The notes below the pieces were generated by a model. That model ran no database searches. It was given only the letters and a program-made list of their open reading frames with translations, and was not told the origin of the DNA. 64,000 nt of DNA from Gammaproteobacteria bacterium (lineage in GTDB: Bacteria; Pseudomonadota; Gammaproteobacteria; JAABTG01). Location: the NCBI GenBank assembly GCA_034522055.1, contig JAXHLS010000006.1:962790-1026789 (forward strand), in the 5' to 3' direction. This document shows positions 29,345 through 41,711 of this stretch, one piece after another. Numbering within the stretch: position 1 is the first letter of the stretch; every line of letters begins with the position of its first letter. A program made the translations under genes and the position numbers.

Positions 29345-29560
29345 TCAACCCCCTCTGAACCAGTAACGTGAAAGTTGCGAAGCACGATCTGCCCCTCTCC
29401 CTCTGGGACAAATCCGTCGGGAACGGATTTGAACGCGCCCTGGCGCGGCCTGCAAGGCGAAGGGCAGGATGCCCGGAGTACAGGGATGGGGTGAGGGAAC
29501 GAACATGGCGATACGCATTCCTCTTTCATCATTTCGGGCGGCGCGTATCGCCATGAGAGT
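29345..29560. repeat. Copy 1 of the ~200-bp dispersed repeat B (two stem-loops)
   Basis: ~88% identical, in inverted orientation, to 40800..41010. Contains CATGGCGATACGC(n24)GCGTATCGCCATG and AAATCCGT-TCCCGA-CGGATTT. Confidence 0.75.
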
Positions 29561-29567
29561 TAATTCC

Positions 29568-29822
29568 TCATGTTTGCACCAGTATCCGCCAGGCCACCAG
29601 CCCCAGGGCCACCATCACCAGCACCACCACCAGGGGCAGCCACAGCCGCCATACCAGGCGCCGCTTTGCCCGCTCGTCCCGTTCGTGCTCCTCCACCAGT
29701 TCGCCGAGTTCCCGCAGGGCGCGACGCCCCACCGCCTTGCGGATGCCGCGTCGCTTGATGGCCTCCACCTCGGCCGCGCTCTGGGGCCGGTCCGGGGAGG
29801 CCTGGGAATGCCCGCCGTTCAT
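29568..29822 (-). CDS. Small hypothetical membrane protein
   Basis: 84 aa with a charged N-terminal half and a single C-terminal TM helix (LWLPLVVVLVMVALGLVAW); divergent from mtaD. Confidence 0.35.
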   Translation of the reverse strand: MNGGHSQASPDRPQSAAEVEAIKRRGIRKAVGRRALRELGELVEEHERDERAKRRLVWRLWLPLVVVLVMVALGLVAWRILVQT

Positions 29823-29872
29823 GGTTTCTTATGACACTTCCACCGCCGTTTTGCTTCATCCATACTGCATCG

Positions 29873-31216
29873 ATGCCCGAAATGACCGCCGATACCGCCA
29901 TCCTGGCACCCTGGATCATCCCGGTGGAGCCGGACGACCGCGTGCTGGAGGACCATGCCCTGCTGATCCGCGACGGCCGTATCGTCGACCTGGTGGCACG
30001 CTCCCGCCTCGACGGCTATACGGTACACGAGCGCGTGGAGCTTGCCGACCATGCCCTCATCCCCGGGCTGGTGAACGCCCACGGCCACGCCGCCATGACC
30101 CTGTTCCGCGGCCTCGCCGACGACCTGCCCATGATGCACTGGCTCACGGAGCACATCTGGCCCGCCGAGGGGCGCTGGATAGACGAGGCCTTCGTGCGTG
30201 ACGGCACCCGGCTGGCCGTAGCCGAGATGTTGCGGGGCGGCACCACCTGCTTCAACGACATGTACTTCTTCCCCGATGCCACCGCCGCGGTAGCGGCGGA
30301 GGCGGGCATGCGGGCGGTGGTGGGGCTCATCATGGTGGATATGCCCACCGCCTGGGCGCGCGACGCCGACGAGTACCTGTCCAAGGGCACCGCGCTGCAC
30401 GACCGGCTGCGGGACGAGCCCTTGGTGCATACCGCCTTCTCCCCCCACGCCCCGTACTCCGTCTCCGACGGTCCCCTGGAGCGCATCCGCGTCCTCGCCG
30501 AGGAACTGGACATCCCCATCCACATGCATGTCCACGAGTCCCCCGAGGAACTGGCCCACAGCCTCAAACACTACGGCTGCCGCCCCCTGGAGCGCCTGGA
30601 ACGCCTGGGACTGCTCACGCCGCGCCTGATGGCGGTACACATGACCCACCTGGAGCCCGACGAGATCGCCCGCGTCGCCAACTGCGGGGCCAGCGTGGTG
30701 CACTGCCCCGAGTCCAACCTCAAGCTGGCCAGCGGCTTCTGCCCGGTGCACGCCCTGGCCGCGGCCGGGGTGAACCTGGCGCTCGGCACCGACGGCGCCG
30801 CCAGCAACAACGATCTGGACATGTTCGCCGAGATGCGCACCGCCGCCCTGCTGGCCAAGGGCGTGGCCGGGGATCCCACCGCCCTGCCCGCCCATGCCGC
30901 CCTGCGCATGGCCACCCTGGCGGGCGCCCGGGCCCTCGGCCTGGAGGACATCACCGGCTCCCTCATAGCGGGCAAGGCGGCGGACGTGACGGCGGTCCAC
31001 CTCGGCGCCGTGGAGACCCAACCGGTCTACTCTCCCGTATCCCAACTGGTCTACGCCGCGGGCCGCCACCAGGTCAGCGACGTGTGGGTGGCGGGAAGAC
31101 GGGTGTTGAAGGACCGCCTCCTCACCACCCTCGACACCCGGGACGCCATCGTGAAGGCCGCAGCCTGGCGCGATAAGATCCACACATTCGATGCCAAGGA
31201 GCCTCAGTCAGCCTGA
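29873..31216 (+). CDS. mtaD: 5-methylthioadenosine/S-adenosylhomocysteine deaminase (amidohydrolase, MtaD-like)
   Basis: Metal-dependent amidohydrolase motifs ([43 protein letters not shown]). The mtaD-ubiG-gph synteny is conserved in gammaproteobacteria. Confidence 0.8.
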   Translation: MPEMTADTAILAPWIIPVEPDDRVLEDHALLIRDGRIVDLVARSRLDGYTVHERVELADHALIPGLVNAHGHAAMTLFRGLADDLPMMHWLTEHIWPAEGRWIDEAFVRDGTRLAVAEMLRGGTTCFNDMYFFPDATAAVAAEAGMRAVVGLIMVDMPTAWARDADEYLSKGTALHDRLRDEPLVHTAFSPHAPYSVSDGPLERIRVLAEELDIPIHMHVHESPEELAHSLKHYGCRPLERLERLGLLTPRLMAVHMTHLEPDEIARVANCGASVVHCPESNLKLASGFCPVHALAAAGVNLALGTDGAASNNDLDMFAEMRTAALLAKGVAGDPTALPAHAALRMATLAGARALGLEDITGSLIAGKAADVTAVHLGAVETQPVYSPVSQLVYAAGRHQVSDVWVAGRRVLKDRLLTTLDTRDAIVKAAAWRDKIHTFDAKEPQSA

Positions 31217-31221
31217 CCGCC

Positions 31222-31929
31222 ATGAACGACTATCACCACAACGCCGATCCCGTCGAGTTGGAGAAGTTCTCCGCCCTCGCCTCCCGCTGGTGGGACCCCA
31301 CCAGCGAGTTCAAGACCCTCCATGACATCAACCCGTTGCGCCTCGGCTACGTGGAGCGCTTCGCCCCCCTGGCGGGCAGCACCGTGGTGGACGTGGGCTG
31401 CGGCGGCGGCGTGCTGGCGGAGGCCATGGCCCGAGTCGGGGCCACCGTCACCGGCATCGACCTGGCCGCCCCCAGCCTCGACGTGGCCCGGCTGCACGCC
31501 ATGGAGTCGGACCTGGAACTGGAATACCTGCACACCTCCGCCGAGGCCCTGGCCGACGAGCGGCCCGGCACCTTCGACGTGGTCACCTGCATGGAGATGC
31601 TGGAGCACGTACCGGACCCCGCCAGCACCGTGGCCGCGTGCGCGCGGCTGGTGAAACTCGGGGGCCATGTGATCCTGTCCACCCTCAACCGCAACCCCAA
31701 GAGCTACCTGTTCGCGGTGGTGGGCGCCGAGTACCTGCTGCAGATGCTGCCCCGGGGCACCCATGACTACGCCCGCTTTATCCGGCCCTCGGAGCTGGAG
31801 GCCTGGACGCGGGCCGCCGGCCTCACCCTGGACGACCTCACCGGCCTCAGCTACAACCCCCTGACGAAGCAGTACCGGCTGGGGCGGGACATCTCGGTAA
31901 ACTACCTGGCCCACGCCCGGCGTGACTGA
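31222..31929 (+). CDS. ubiG: Ubiquinone biosynthesis O-methyltransferase
   Basis: UbiG N-terminus ([33 protein letters not shown]) and SAM motif ([13 protein letters not shown]). Confidence 0.85.
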   Translation: MNDYHHNADPVELEKFSALASRWWDPTSEFKTLHDINPLRLGYVERFAPLAGSTVVDVGCGGGVLAEAMARVGATVTGIDLAAPSLDVARLHAMESDLELEYLHTSAEALADERPGTFDVVTCMEMLEHVPDPASTVAACARLVKLGGHVILSTLNRNPKSYLFAVVGAEYLLQMLPRGTHDYARFIRPSELEAWTRAAGLTLDDLTGLSYNPLTKQYRLGRDISVNYLAHARRD

Positions 31930-32578
31930 ACCCGTGGGCACGGTGCTGTTCGATCTGGACGGCACCCTGCTCGACACCGCCCCGGACCTCGGCGCCGCCC
32001 TGAACCGCCTGCTGGCGGACATGGGCCGGGCGCCCCTGCCCCTGGAGCAGATCCGGCCCCACGTCTCCCATGGCGCCAGGGCCCTGCTGCGCCTCGGCCT
32101 GGGGCTGGAGCCGGGTGACCCCGGCTATGATGACCACCGGGCCCGGCTCCTGGACCATTACGTCAACGATATCGCCACCCACAGCCGCCTGTTTCCCGGC
32201 ATGGAGCAGGTGCTGGAGCACATGGCCGCCCACGGCATAACCTGGGGGGTGGTGACCAACAAGCCGGGCTGGCTCACCGGGCCCCTGATGGACGCCCTGG
32301 ACCTCACGCGCCACGCCGCCTGCATCGTCAGCGGCGACACCACGGCACACCCCAAGCCCCATCCCGCCCCCCTGCTCCACGCCTGCCGGACGGCCGGCAC
32401 GCCCCCCGCACGCTGCCTGTTCGTGGGGGACGCCGAGCGCGACCTGGTGGCCGGGCGGGCCGCCGGCATCCCCACCCTGGTAGCCCTGTTCGGCTACATA
32501 GACGCCGGGGAATCCCCCCATACCTGGGGCGCCGACGGCTACCTGGAAGGCCCCCTGGACCTGCTGCGGTGGCTGTAG
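31922..32578 (+). CDS. gph: Phosphoglycolate phosphatase (HAD superfamily)
   Basis: HAD motifs ([27 protein letters not shown]). Confidence 0.8.
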   Translation: MTEPVGTVLFDLDGTLLDTAPDLGAALNRLLADMGRAPLPLEQIRPHVSHGARALLRLGLGLEPGDPGYDDHRARLLDHYVNDIATHSRLFPGMEQVLEHMAAHGITWGVVTNKPGWLTGPLMDALDLTRHAACIVSGDTTAHPKPHPAPLLHACRTAGTPPARCLFVGDAERDLVAGRAAGIPTLVALFGYIDAGESPHTWGADGYLEGPLDLLRWL

Positions 32579-33471
32579 GGGGACCCGCGGGCGACGCGGA
32601 AGGCGACCTGCGCCACTGCGAGGCCATGGCCCGCAGCCACTACGAGAACTTCCCCGTGGCCTCCCTGGCCCTGCCGCGGCGCATCCGCCGCCCGGTGGCG
32701 GTGATCTACGCCTACTCCCGCACCGTGGACGACCTCGCCGACGAGGGTGACCTCGGGGACACCGAGCGCCTCGACCGCCTGGCGGCCACGGCGGACGACC
32801 TGGAGCGCGCCCTGGCCGGGGAGCCGGTAACCAGCCCCGTGCTGCGGGCCACGGCCCGGGTGATCCGGGATTTCCACCTGCCCACCCGTCCCTTTCATCA
32901 CCTCGTCAGCGCCTTCACCCAGGACGTGGTGAAGAAACGCTACGAGGACTTCCCCGAACTCATGGACTACTGCCGACGCTCCGCCAATCCCGTGGGCCGC
33001 CTGTTGCTCCATCTCACGGCCAACGACAGCCTTCGCAATCTGATCGACTCGGACCACATCTGCAGTGCCCTGCAGCTCATCAACTTCCTCCAGGACCTGG
33101 AGCAGGACCTCCACGAGCTCGGGCGCATCTACCTGCCACGGGACGAGATGGAGTCCTTCGGGGTCACGGAGGGCCACCTGTGGAACCGTATCAGCGACGA
33201 GGCCATGGTGGACCTCTACCGCTTCCAGGTGCGCCGCGCGCGGGACCTGCTGCTGGAAGGCGCACCCCTGGGCGCGCGCCTCGGCGGCATGTTCGGGGTG
33301 GAGATTAGGACCATCGTGACCGGCGGCCTCGCCGTGCTGGACCGCATGGAGACCCTGGAAAACGACGTCTTCGCGCGGCCCCGCCTGAGCCGCGGCGACC
33401 GCCTGCGCATCCTGTGGCGCGGAATCAGCGGCACCCGCGGCCGCGGCCGCGCCACCATGCCCGGGACGTGA
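32569..33471 (+). CDS. hpnC: Squalene synthase HpnC (squalene/phytoene synthase family)
   Basis: HYENFPVAS, YAYSRTVDDLADEG and QLINFLQDLEQD motifs; overlaps the gph stop. Confidence 0.75.
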   Translation: MAVGGPAGDAEGDLRHCEAMARSHYENFPVASLALPRRIRRPVAVIYAYSRTVDDLADEGDLGDTERLDRLAATADDLERALAGEPVTSPVLRATARVIRDFHLPTRPFHHLVSAFTQDVVKKRYEDFPELMDYCRRSANPVGRLLLHLTANDSLRNLIDSDHICSALQLINFLQDLEQDLHELGRIYLPRDEMESFGVTEGHLWNRISDEAMVDLYRFQVRRARDLLLEGAPLGARLGGMFGVEIRTIVTGGLAVLDRMETLENDVFARPRLSRGDRLRILWRGISGTRGRGRATMPGT

Positions 33472-33524
33472 CGCCGGCGGCATTCTGGTAACCTGGGGCC
33501 CTACCCCGCCACCGTGGTCCCGCC

Positions 33525-33908
33525 ATGTCCCGCCTCGCCGCCTACCTCGCCCTCTGGCCCGTGCTCGCCGTCATCGGCGTCGCCAACGGCATCCTGCGCG
33601 AGGCCACCTTCGGGCCGCACCTCACGGAGATCCATGCCCACCAGCTCTCCACCCTGCTGCTGATGGCCCTGTGCGCCATCGCGGTGTGGCTGTTCGCGCG
33701 CCGGGAGGCCCCGCTATCGTTCGAGGAGGCCCTGACCGTCGGCCTCGCCTGGCTGGTCCTCACCGTGGCCTTCGAGTTCACCTTCGGGCGCCTGGTGGCC
33801 GGCCATTCCTGGCACCACCTGTTGCAGAACTACGACCTCGCCAACGGCCGCCTATGGCCCCTGTTCCTGGGGTGGCTGGCCCTCCTGCCCTGGCTGATGG
33901 GCCGCTGA
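33525..33908 (+). CDS. Small integral membrane protein (4 predicted TM helices)
   Basis: 127-aa hydrophobic ORF between hpnC and hpnD. Confidence 0.45.
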   Translation: MSRLAAYLALWPVLAVIGVANGILREATFGPHLTEIHAHQLSTLLLMALCAIAVWLFARREAPLSFEEALTVGLAWLVLTVAFEFTFGRLVAGHSWHHLLQNYDLANGRLWPLFLGWLALLPWLMGR

Positions 33909-33969
33909 TGGCCGGCGCCTGTCCATCGCGGGCGGCATCCGGCATCATAGGCGCAGCCCCCGCCACCCC

Positions 33970-34860
33970 TTGCCCATGACCCCCGACCAGTACTGCCAGC
34001 AGAAGGCCGCCCGCAGCGGCTCCAGCTTCTACTACAGCTTCCTGTTCCTACCGCCCGAGCGCCGGCGCGCCATCATCGCCCTCTACGCCTTCTGCCGCGA
34101 AGTGGACGACGTGGTGGACGAGTGCAGCGACGCCGCCCTGGCCCGCACCAAGCTGGCCTGGTGGCGGCAGGAGGTAGAACGGATCTTCGCAGGCGGGGCC
34201 CAGCACCCCGTGGCCGTGGCCCTGGCCCATACCGTGGAGCACTTCGACATCACCGCCGGCCAGCTCCACGAGGTCATCGACGGCATGGAGATGGACCTGG
34301 AACAGTCCCACTACGAGACCTTCGGCGAACTCGCCCTCTACTGTCACCGGGTGGCCGGCGTGGTCGGCCTGATGTCGGCGGAGCTGTTCGGCTACCGCAA
34401 TCACCAGACCCAGAAGTACGCCCACAACCTGGGCCTCGCCTTTCAGCTCACCAATATCCTGCGGGACGTGCGGGAGGACGCCATGCGGGGCCGGGTCTAC
34501 CTGCCGGCCGAGGAGCTGGCCCGCTTCGACGTGAACCCCGACGGCCTGCGCCGCGGCCAGGCCGGCCCCGGGGCCATCGAACTCTTCCGCTTCCAGGCGG
34601 ACCGCGCCGAAAGCTACTACACAAGGGCCCTGGAGCTGTTGCCGGAGGAGGACCGTTACGCCCAGCGCAGCGGCATCATCATGGCGGCCATCTACCGTGC
34701 CACCCTGGAGGAGATCCGCCGCGACGGCTTCGCCCTCCTGGACCATCGGGTCTCCCTCACCCCCCTGCGCAAGCTGTGGATCGCCTGGCGTACCGCCAAC
34801 GCCGAGAGGCGCCGCCAGCGCCGCTACCTGCGGGGCCGGCCCCAGGTGGAGTCCCGCTGA
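33970..34860 (+). CDS. hpnD: Presqualene diphosphate synthase HpnD (phytoene/squalene synthase family)
   Basis: SSFYYSFLFLP, YAFCREVDDVVDE and LTNILRDVRED motifs. Confidence 0.75.
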   Translation: MPMTPDQYCQQKAARSGSSFYYSFLFLPPERRRAIIALYAFCREVDDVVDECSDAALARTKLAWWRQEVERIFAGGAQHPVAVALAHTVEHFDITAGQLHEVIDGMEMDLEQSHYETFGELALYCHRVAGVVGLMSAELFGYRNHQTQKYAHNLGLAFQLTNILRDVREDAMRGRVYLPAEELARFDVNPDGLRRGQAGPGAIELFRFQADRAESYYTRALELLPEEDRYAQRSGIIMAAIYRATLEEIRRDGFALLDHRVSLTPLRKLWIAWRTANAERRRQRRYLRGRPQVESR

Positions 34861-34904
34861 CCCAGGAAGCGCGAGATGGACTGCCGGCCCGCGGCAACGG
34901 ACTG

Positions 34905-36215
34905 ATGCCGCTGCTAGTGGTGGGTGCCGGCTGGGCCGGGCTGTCCTGTGCCGTGGAACTCGCGCGCATTGGCCACGAGGTGACGGTGCTGGAGGCCGCC
35001 GCCGAGGTGGGCGGCCGGGCGCGCCGGCTGGAGGTCAATGGCATGCCCCTGGACAACGGCCAGCACCTGCTGCTGGGGGCCTACGCCCATACCCTGGCCA
35101 TGATGGAGACCGTGGGCGTCGACCCGGCCGAGGCCTTCCTGCGCCTGCCCCTGGGGTTGCGGGTGCTGGAGCGCGACGGCCCCGTCGTGGCCCTGCGCGC
35201 GGGCCCCCTGCCGGCCCCCCTCCACCTCGCCTGGGGCCTGGCCACCTGTGAAGGTCTGTCCATCAAGGAGCGGCTCGGTGCCCTGGGCCTGGCGGTGCGC
35301 GGCTTCTCGAGGCCGCCGACCGCCGCCCGCGACTGTACCGTGGCCCAGTGGCTCGACGGCCAGCCGCCGCGGGTGCGCCGCACCCTGTGGGAGCCTATGT
35401 GCCTGGCCGCCCTCAACACCCCGGTGGAGCAGGCCTCCGCGGCGGTGTTCCTGCGGGTCCTGGCAGACGCCTTCCACCACCGGCGGCGGGATGCGGACCT
35501 GCTCATCCCCCGCGGGGATCTTGGCGGCCTGCTGCCACGACCGGCCCGGGCCTTCATCGACGCCCACGGCGGCCAGGTTCTCACGGGCCGCCGGGTCACG
35601 GGGCTGGTGCAGGAGGCGGGCCGTATCGCCGGCGTCGCCACCAGCGCGGGCGTGCTGCGCGCCCGCCACGTGGTGGTGGCCACCGCCCACCATGGCGCGG
35701 CGCGGCTGCTGGCACCCCTGCCCGGCGGCGCCGCGCTGGCGGCGGACCTGCGGCGCCTGGGCCACCAGCCCATCTGCACCGTCTACCTCCAGTACCACCC
35801 CGCCACCCGCCTGGGCTTCCCCATGGTGGGCCTGGCCGGGGGCATCGCCCAGTGGGTGTTCGACCGCGCCGCCGACGGGCGCCGGGGGCTGATGGCGGTG
35901 GTGGTCTCCGCCGCGGGCCCCCACATGGCCCTGGATCGGGACACCCTGGCGGCGCGGGTCCAGGCCGAGCTGGCCCACCATTTCCCGGCCTGGCCGCCCC
36001 CCCTCTGGAGCCGGGTGATCCGGGAACGCCGCGCCACCTTCGCCTGCCGCGCGGGGGAACAGGACCTGCGCCCGCCGCACCGCGGCCCCCTGCCGGGGCT
36101 GTGGCTGGCGGGGGACTATACCCGCACGCCCTATCCCGCCACCCTCGAAGGGGCGGTGATGAGCGGGCTACAATGCGCGCGGGAAATCCATCACCACACC
36201 GAGGCCCCCCCTTGA
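34905..36215 (+). CDS. hpnE: Hydroxysqualene dehydroxylase HpnE (FAD-dependent amine-oxidase family)
   Basis: Begins with an FAD dinucleotide-binding fold (LLVVGAGWAGLSCAVELARIGHEVTVLEAAAEVGGRA). The longer 34122..36215 ORF is an upstream read-through in the same frame. Confidence 0.75.
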   Translation: MPLLVVGAGWAGLSCAVELARIGHEVTVLEAAAEVGGRARRLEVNGMPLDNGQHLLLGAYAHTLAMMETVGVDPAEAFLRLPLGLRVLERDGPVVALRAGPLPAPLHLAWGLATCEGLSIKERLGALGLAVRGFSRPPTAARDCTVAQWLDGQPPRVRRTLWEPMCLAALNTPVEQASAAVFLRVLADAFHHRRRDADLLIPRGDLGGLLPRPARAFIDAHGGQVLTGRRVTGLVQEAGRIAGVATSAGVLRARHVVVATAHHGAARLLAPLPGGAALAADLRRLGHQPICTVYLQYHPATRLGFPMVGLAGGIAQWVFDRAADGRRGLMAVVVSAAGPHMALDRDTLAARVQAELAHHFPAWPPPLWSRVIRERRATFACRAGEQDLRPPHRGPLPGLWLAGDYTRTPYPATLEGAVMSGLQCAREIHHHTEAPP

Positions 36216-36970
36216 ACAACCAAGACCCACGGCGCTACCAGGCGCCGCCGCACCTGCTGGCGGATCGTGTCATCCTGGTCACCGGTGCCGGTGGCGGCAT
36301 CGGCCGGGAGGCCGCCCTCGCCTACGCCCGCCACGGCGCCAGCGTGGTCCTGCTGGACCGCTCCGTGCCCGGGCTGGAAGGGGCCTACGACGACATCGAG
36401 GCCGCCGGCGGACCCCAACCGGCCATCTACCCCATGGATCTCCTGGGGGCCACGCCCGACGACTACGCCGACCTGGCCGCCAATCTGACGTCCAACTTCG
36501 GTCGCCTCGACGGCCTGTTGTCCAACGCCGCCGTCCTCGGCGACCTCACCCCCATCGACCACTATCCCCCCGAGACCTGGGCCCAGGTGCTCCATATCAA
36601 CCTCAATGCCCCCTTCCTGCTCATTCAAGCCCTGCTGCCCCTGCTGCGCCGGGCCCCGGACGCCGCCATCCTCCTCACCACCGCCGCAGTGGGCGCCCGG
36701 GGCCGCGCCTACTGGGGTGCCTACGCGGCGGCCAACGCCGGGCTCGAGAACCTGGGCCAGGTGCTCGCCCATGAGTTGGAGGACACCACCGTGCGGGTCA
36801 ACGCCATCGACCCCGGCCCCGTACGCACGGCCCTGCGCAAGCGCGCCTACCCGGGCGAGAACCCGGCCCACCTGGCCCTGCCCGCGGACATCATGCCCGC
36901 ATACCTGTTCCTCATGGGGGCGGATAGCATGGGCATCACAGGACTACGCCACCTCGCCCAGGACGCCTGA
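36173..36970 (+). CDS. SDR-family oxidoreductase (YciK-like)
   Basis: Rossmann motif (ILVTGAGGGIGREAAL) and the SDR catalytic region. The start is ambiguous: ATG 36173 overlaps hpnE; TTG 36212 is an alternative. Confidence 0.7.
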   Translation: MRAGNPSPHRGPPLNNQDPRRYQAPPHLLADRVILVTGAGGGIGREAALAYARHGASVVLLDRSVPGLEGAYDDIEAAGGPQPAIYPMDLLGATPDDYADLAANLTSNFGRLDGLLSNAAVLGDLTPIDHYPPETWAQVLHINLNAPFLLIQALLPLLRRAPDAAILLTTAAVGARGRAYWGAYAAANAGLENLGQVLAHELEDTTVRVNAIDPGPVRTALRKRAYPGENPAHLALPADIMPAYLFLMGADSMGITGLRHLAQDA

Positions 36971-37044
36971 ATGGCGTACCTCCCCGAGGGTCGATGAGCG
37001 GGACCACCACTCCTACCGACCGCCGCCCCCGCGAGTCGGGGCCA

Positions 37045-37085
37045 ACCACCCGTCATACCGGGCCCGACCCGGTATCCAGGGGCCG
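37045..37085. repeat. REP-like palindrome, family 2 (second copy)
   Basis: See 18150..18190. Confidence 0.55.
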
Positions 37086-37272
37086 GTGGCAGCACGAACG
37101 ACCCCGCCCCCCAAAGCGCACCGCGTCACCACCCGCCGCAGGAACGGTGGCGGCAGTTTGCTGCCGCCCGGCGGCAATCGAGGAACGTCAAAACTTTGAC
37201 CATCGCGCCCCGCGCAACGAAGAACAGAGTTTAACTTATTGTAAATAAAGGATTATCACCATCCTCTTTGGT

Positions 37273-37289
37273 TGGCACGCTATTCGCTA
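37273..37289 (+). promoter_or_regulatory. Candidate sigma54 promoter TGGCACGCTATTCGCT upstream of the GGDEF gene
   Basis: TGGCACG-N4-TCGC with exact -24 GG / -12 GC spacing. It is preceded by an AT-rich tract (possible IHF site) and followed by a hairpin (GAGGCTT-GCAG-AAGCCTC) plus TTTTCT at 37299..37330. Confidence 0.4.
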
Positions 37290-37415
37290 GGAGTACCGCG
37301 AGGCTTGCAGAAGCCTCCGACTTTTCTCCATTGCCTTCTGACCATGGACGTCCTTTTTTTTCGCGCGGTCACGCGCCGGCAATAGCGTGCTCACGAGCCA
37401 GCAAGAGGCGGTATC

Positions 37416-38336
37416 ATGCAACTGAACGCGATATGGGATGTGATGGATGATGGCGGCGCCATGACAAACGATGTCCCCGAGGTGCCGGAGTCGCCCCGGC
37501 GGGCCGTGGTGGGCAACGACGACCTGCTGCGCCTGACCCAAACCCTGCAGACCACGCTCAATGTTCAGCGGCTGCTGGAGCTCTTCACCCAGGAATGCGC
37601 GAAGGTGATCCCCTTCGATGGCCTCGGCTTCGTCAACGAGGCCGACGGCATGCAACTCCTCATCGGCACCACTGCACGCCACTCCTGCGGCTACCGCCTG
37701 TCCCTGGAGACGGAATGCCTGGGCGAGATCACCTTCAGCCGCGCCATCCCCTTCACCACACGGGAGACCATGGCTCTCGACTTCCTCGGCAGCCACCTGC
37801 TCTACCCCCTGCGCAACGCCCAACTGTATCAGCGGGCGCTGCTGGTGGCGGCCAAGGATCCCCTCACGGGGGCCTTCAACCGCGCCACCCTGGAGCAGAG
37901 TCTGCACCGTGATACCAGCCTGGCGAAACGCCACGGCACCCCCTTCTCCGTGATCATGCTGGACCTGGACCACTTCAAGGATATCAACGACCGCCATGGC
38001 CACATGACCGGCGATTGCGTGCTGAAGTCGGCGGCCCGCCTGTTCCAGGAATGCGTGCGCGATAGCGACACCCTGTTCCGCTTCGGCGGCGAGGAGTTCA
38101 CCATCCTCCTCAGCAACAGCGACCGCGAGGGGGCCCGCCAACTGGCGGAGCGCATACGGGGCTTGCTGGCCGGGCGCACCATCCACTGCGACGGCCATGA
38201 CATCCAGATCACGGTGAGCGCCGGGGTGGCCCAATGGTCCGGCGACGAATCCCCGGACCGGGTGCTGCTGCGGGCCGACCAGGCCCTGTACGCAGCCAAA
38301 GACCAGAGCCGCAACCGGGTGGCCCTGGCGCCCTGA
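37416..38336 (+). CDS. Diguanylate cyclase (N-terminal GAF-like sensor + GGDEF domain, active-site GGEEF)
   Basis: LTGAFNRATLEQ, DHFKDINDRHGHMTGD and LFRFGGEEF motifs. Confidence 0.8.
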   Translation: MQLNAIWDVMDDGGAMTNDVPEVPESPRRAVVGNDDLLRLTQTLQTTLNVQRLLELFTQECAKVIPFDGLGFVNEADGMQLLIGTTARHSCGYRLSLETECLGEITFSRAIPFTTRETMALDFLGSHLLYPLRNAQLYQRALLVAAKDPLTGAFNRATLEQSLHRDTSLAKRHGTPFSVIMLDLDHFKDINDRHGHMTGDCVLKSAARLFQECVRDSDTLFRFGGEEFTILLSNSDREGARQLAERIRGLLAGRTIHCDGHDIQITVSAGVAQWSGDESPDRVLLRADQALYAAKDQSRNRVALAP

Positions 38337-38377
38337 ATGCGTCCCGGGGCGCCAATGGACCGCGGTGGCCCCGGTCC

Positions 38378-38517
38378 TACATCAGCAGGACCATCAGCCC
38401 CACCACCACCAGGATCACCACGATAACCACCCCCTTGGCGATGATGAGGTTGCGCAGGAAGGCCTTGTCCGCCGGCCCCGGGTCGGTATTTCGCGTCTCT
38501 TCATGCTCGTTTTCCAT
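38378..38517 (-). CDS. Small (46-aa) single-TM protein not in the ORF track
   Basis: GGAGATATGGAAAAC start context with a perfect SD. Sequence MENEHEETRNTDPGPADKAFLRNLIIAKGVVIVVILVVVGLMVLLM. Downstream of ligA on the same strand. Confidence 0.35.
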
Positions 38518-38544
38518 ATCTCCGCACCTCAGGTCCGCGTTGCA

Positions 38545-40991
<2,447 letters not shown>

Positions 40992-41010
<19 letters not shown>

Positions 41011-41711
41011 TCCACCGTGGACACCACCCGCACCTTCTTGATGTGGGGGTTGTTGCGGTCCCGCGGGCTGATGGAGAACTGGCCCTGGGAGGCGCGGCGG
41101 ATCTTGCCCAGCCGGCTCGCGGAGTCGGCGGCGAACTTCTCCGCCACCTCGCGGGCCTTGGTGGTGGCCTCCTCGATCATCTCGGGCTTGACCTCGTTCA
41201 GGCGCGTGAACAAATATTCGGGCTGGGTGTCGTAGTTGCCGCCCGAGAACACGATGCCCTGGCGGCCGAGATCGGACAGGCCCTTCATCATATCGCGCAC
41301 CTCCCTCACCCTGCCGGAGTACACGGTGACGCTCTGCTGGGCGCTGTAACGGAACTCCGCCCGCGGCCCGCCGCCATACTGCTGGGCCGACTTGTCGTTG
41401 ATCACCGGCGGCGTGACCGACACCTCGCTGTCCTCCAGGCCGCGGGCCGCCAGGAAGGCGCGGATCTTGCTCGAACTCTCGTCCAGGGAGGTATACAGGG
41501 CCTGCAGGTCGTTGCCGGCGTCGGTGTACTGGATGGGCCAGATGACGACGTCGGCCGGATACTCCCGTTCCGACAGGCCCTTGACGGTGACGCTGCGCTC
41601 CAACAGCTTGACGTCGACGGCCGCGCGGCCGGCCTGCCAGCCCAGCACGGCCAGGCCCAGGAACAGGAAGGCCCCGAGGACGAAGGCGCTACCGACGTTT
41701 CGCTTTTCCAC
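40992..41711 (-). CDS. SIMPL-domain periplasmic protein (YggE/DUF541-like)
   Basis: Start at GTG 41711 (GGGAGA RBS), signal/TM segment VGSAFVLGAFLFLGLAVLGW, then a SIMPL-like domain. The N-terminal 158 codons of the track ORF are repeat and intergenic sequence. Confidence 0.6.

Noticed and set aside
34122-36215. Very long track ORFs in alternative frames or strands, for example 34122..36215 (697 aa), 35348..36970 (540 aa), 38557..40995 (812 aa), 44245..46389 (714 aa), 47492..49771 (759 aa), 1385..2317, 8157..9650 and 11486..12793
   Set aside because: These are high-GC shadow ORFs or upstream read-throughs of real genes. Their translations are low-complexity (Arg/Pro/Gly/Ala-rich) without family motifs, while the overlapping frame carries clear domain signatures (HpnE, SDR, LigA, hybrid kinase, MaeB, SNF2, FliI, FliF).
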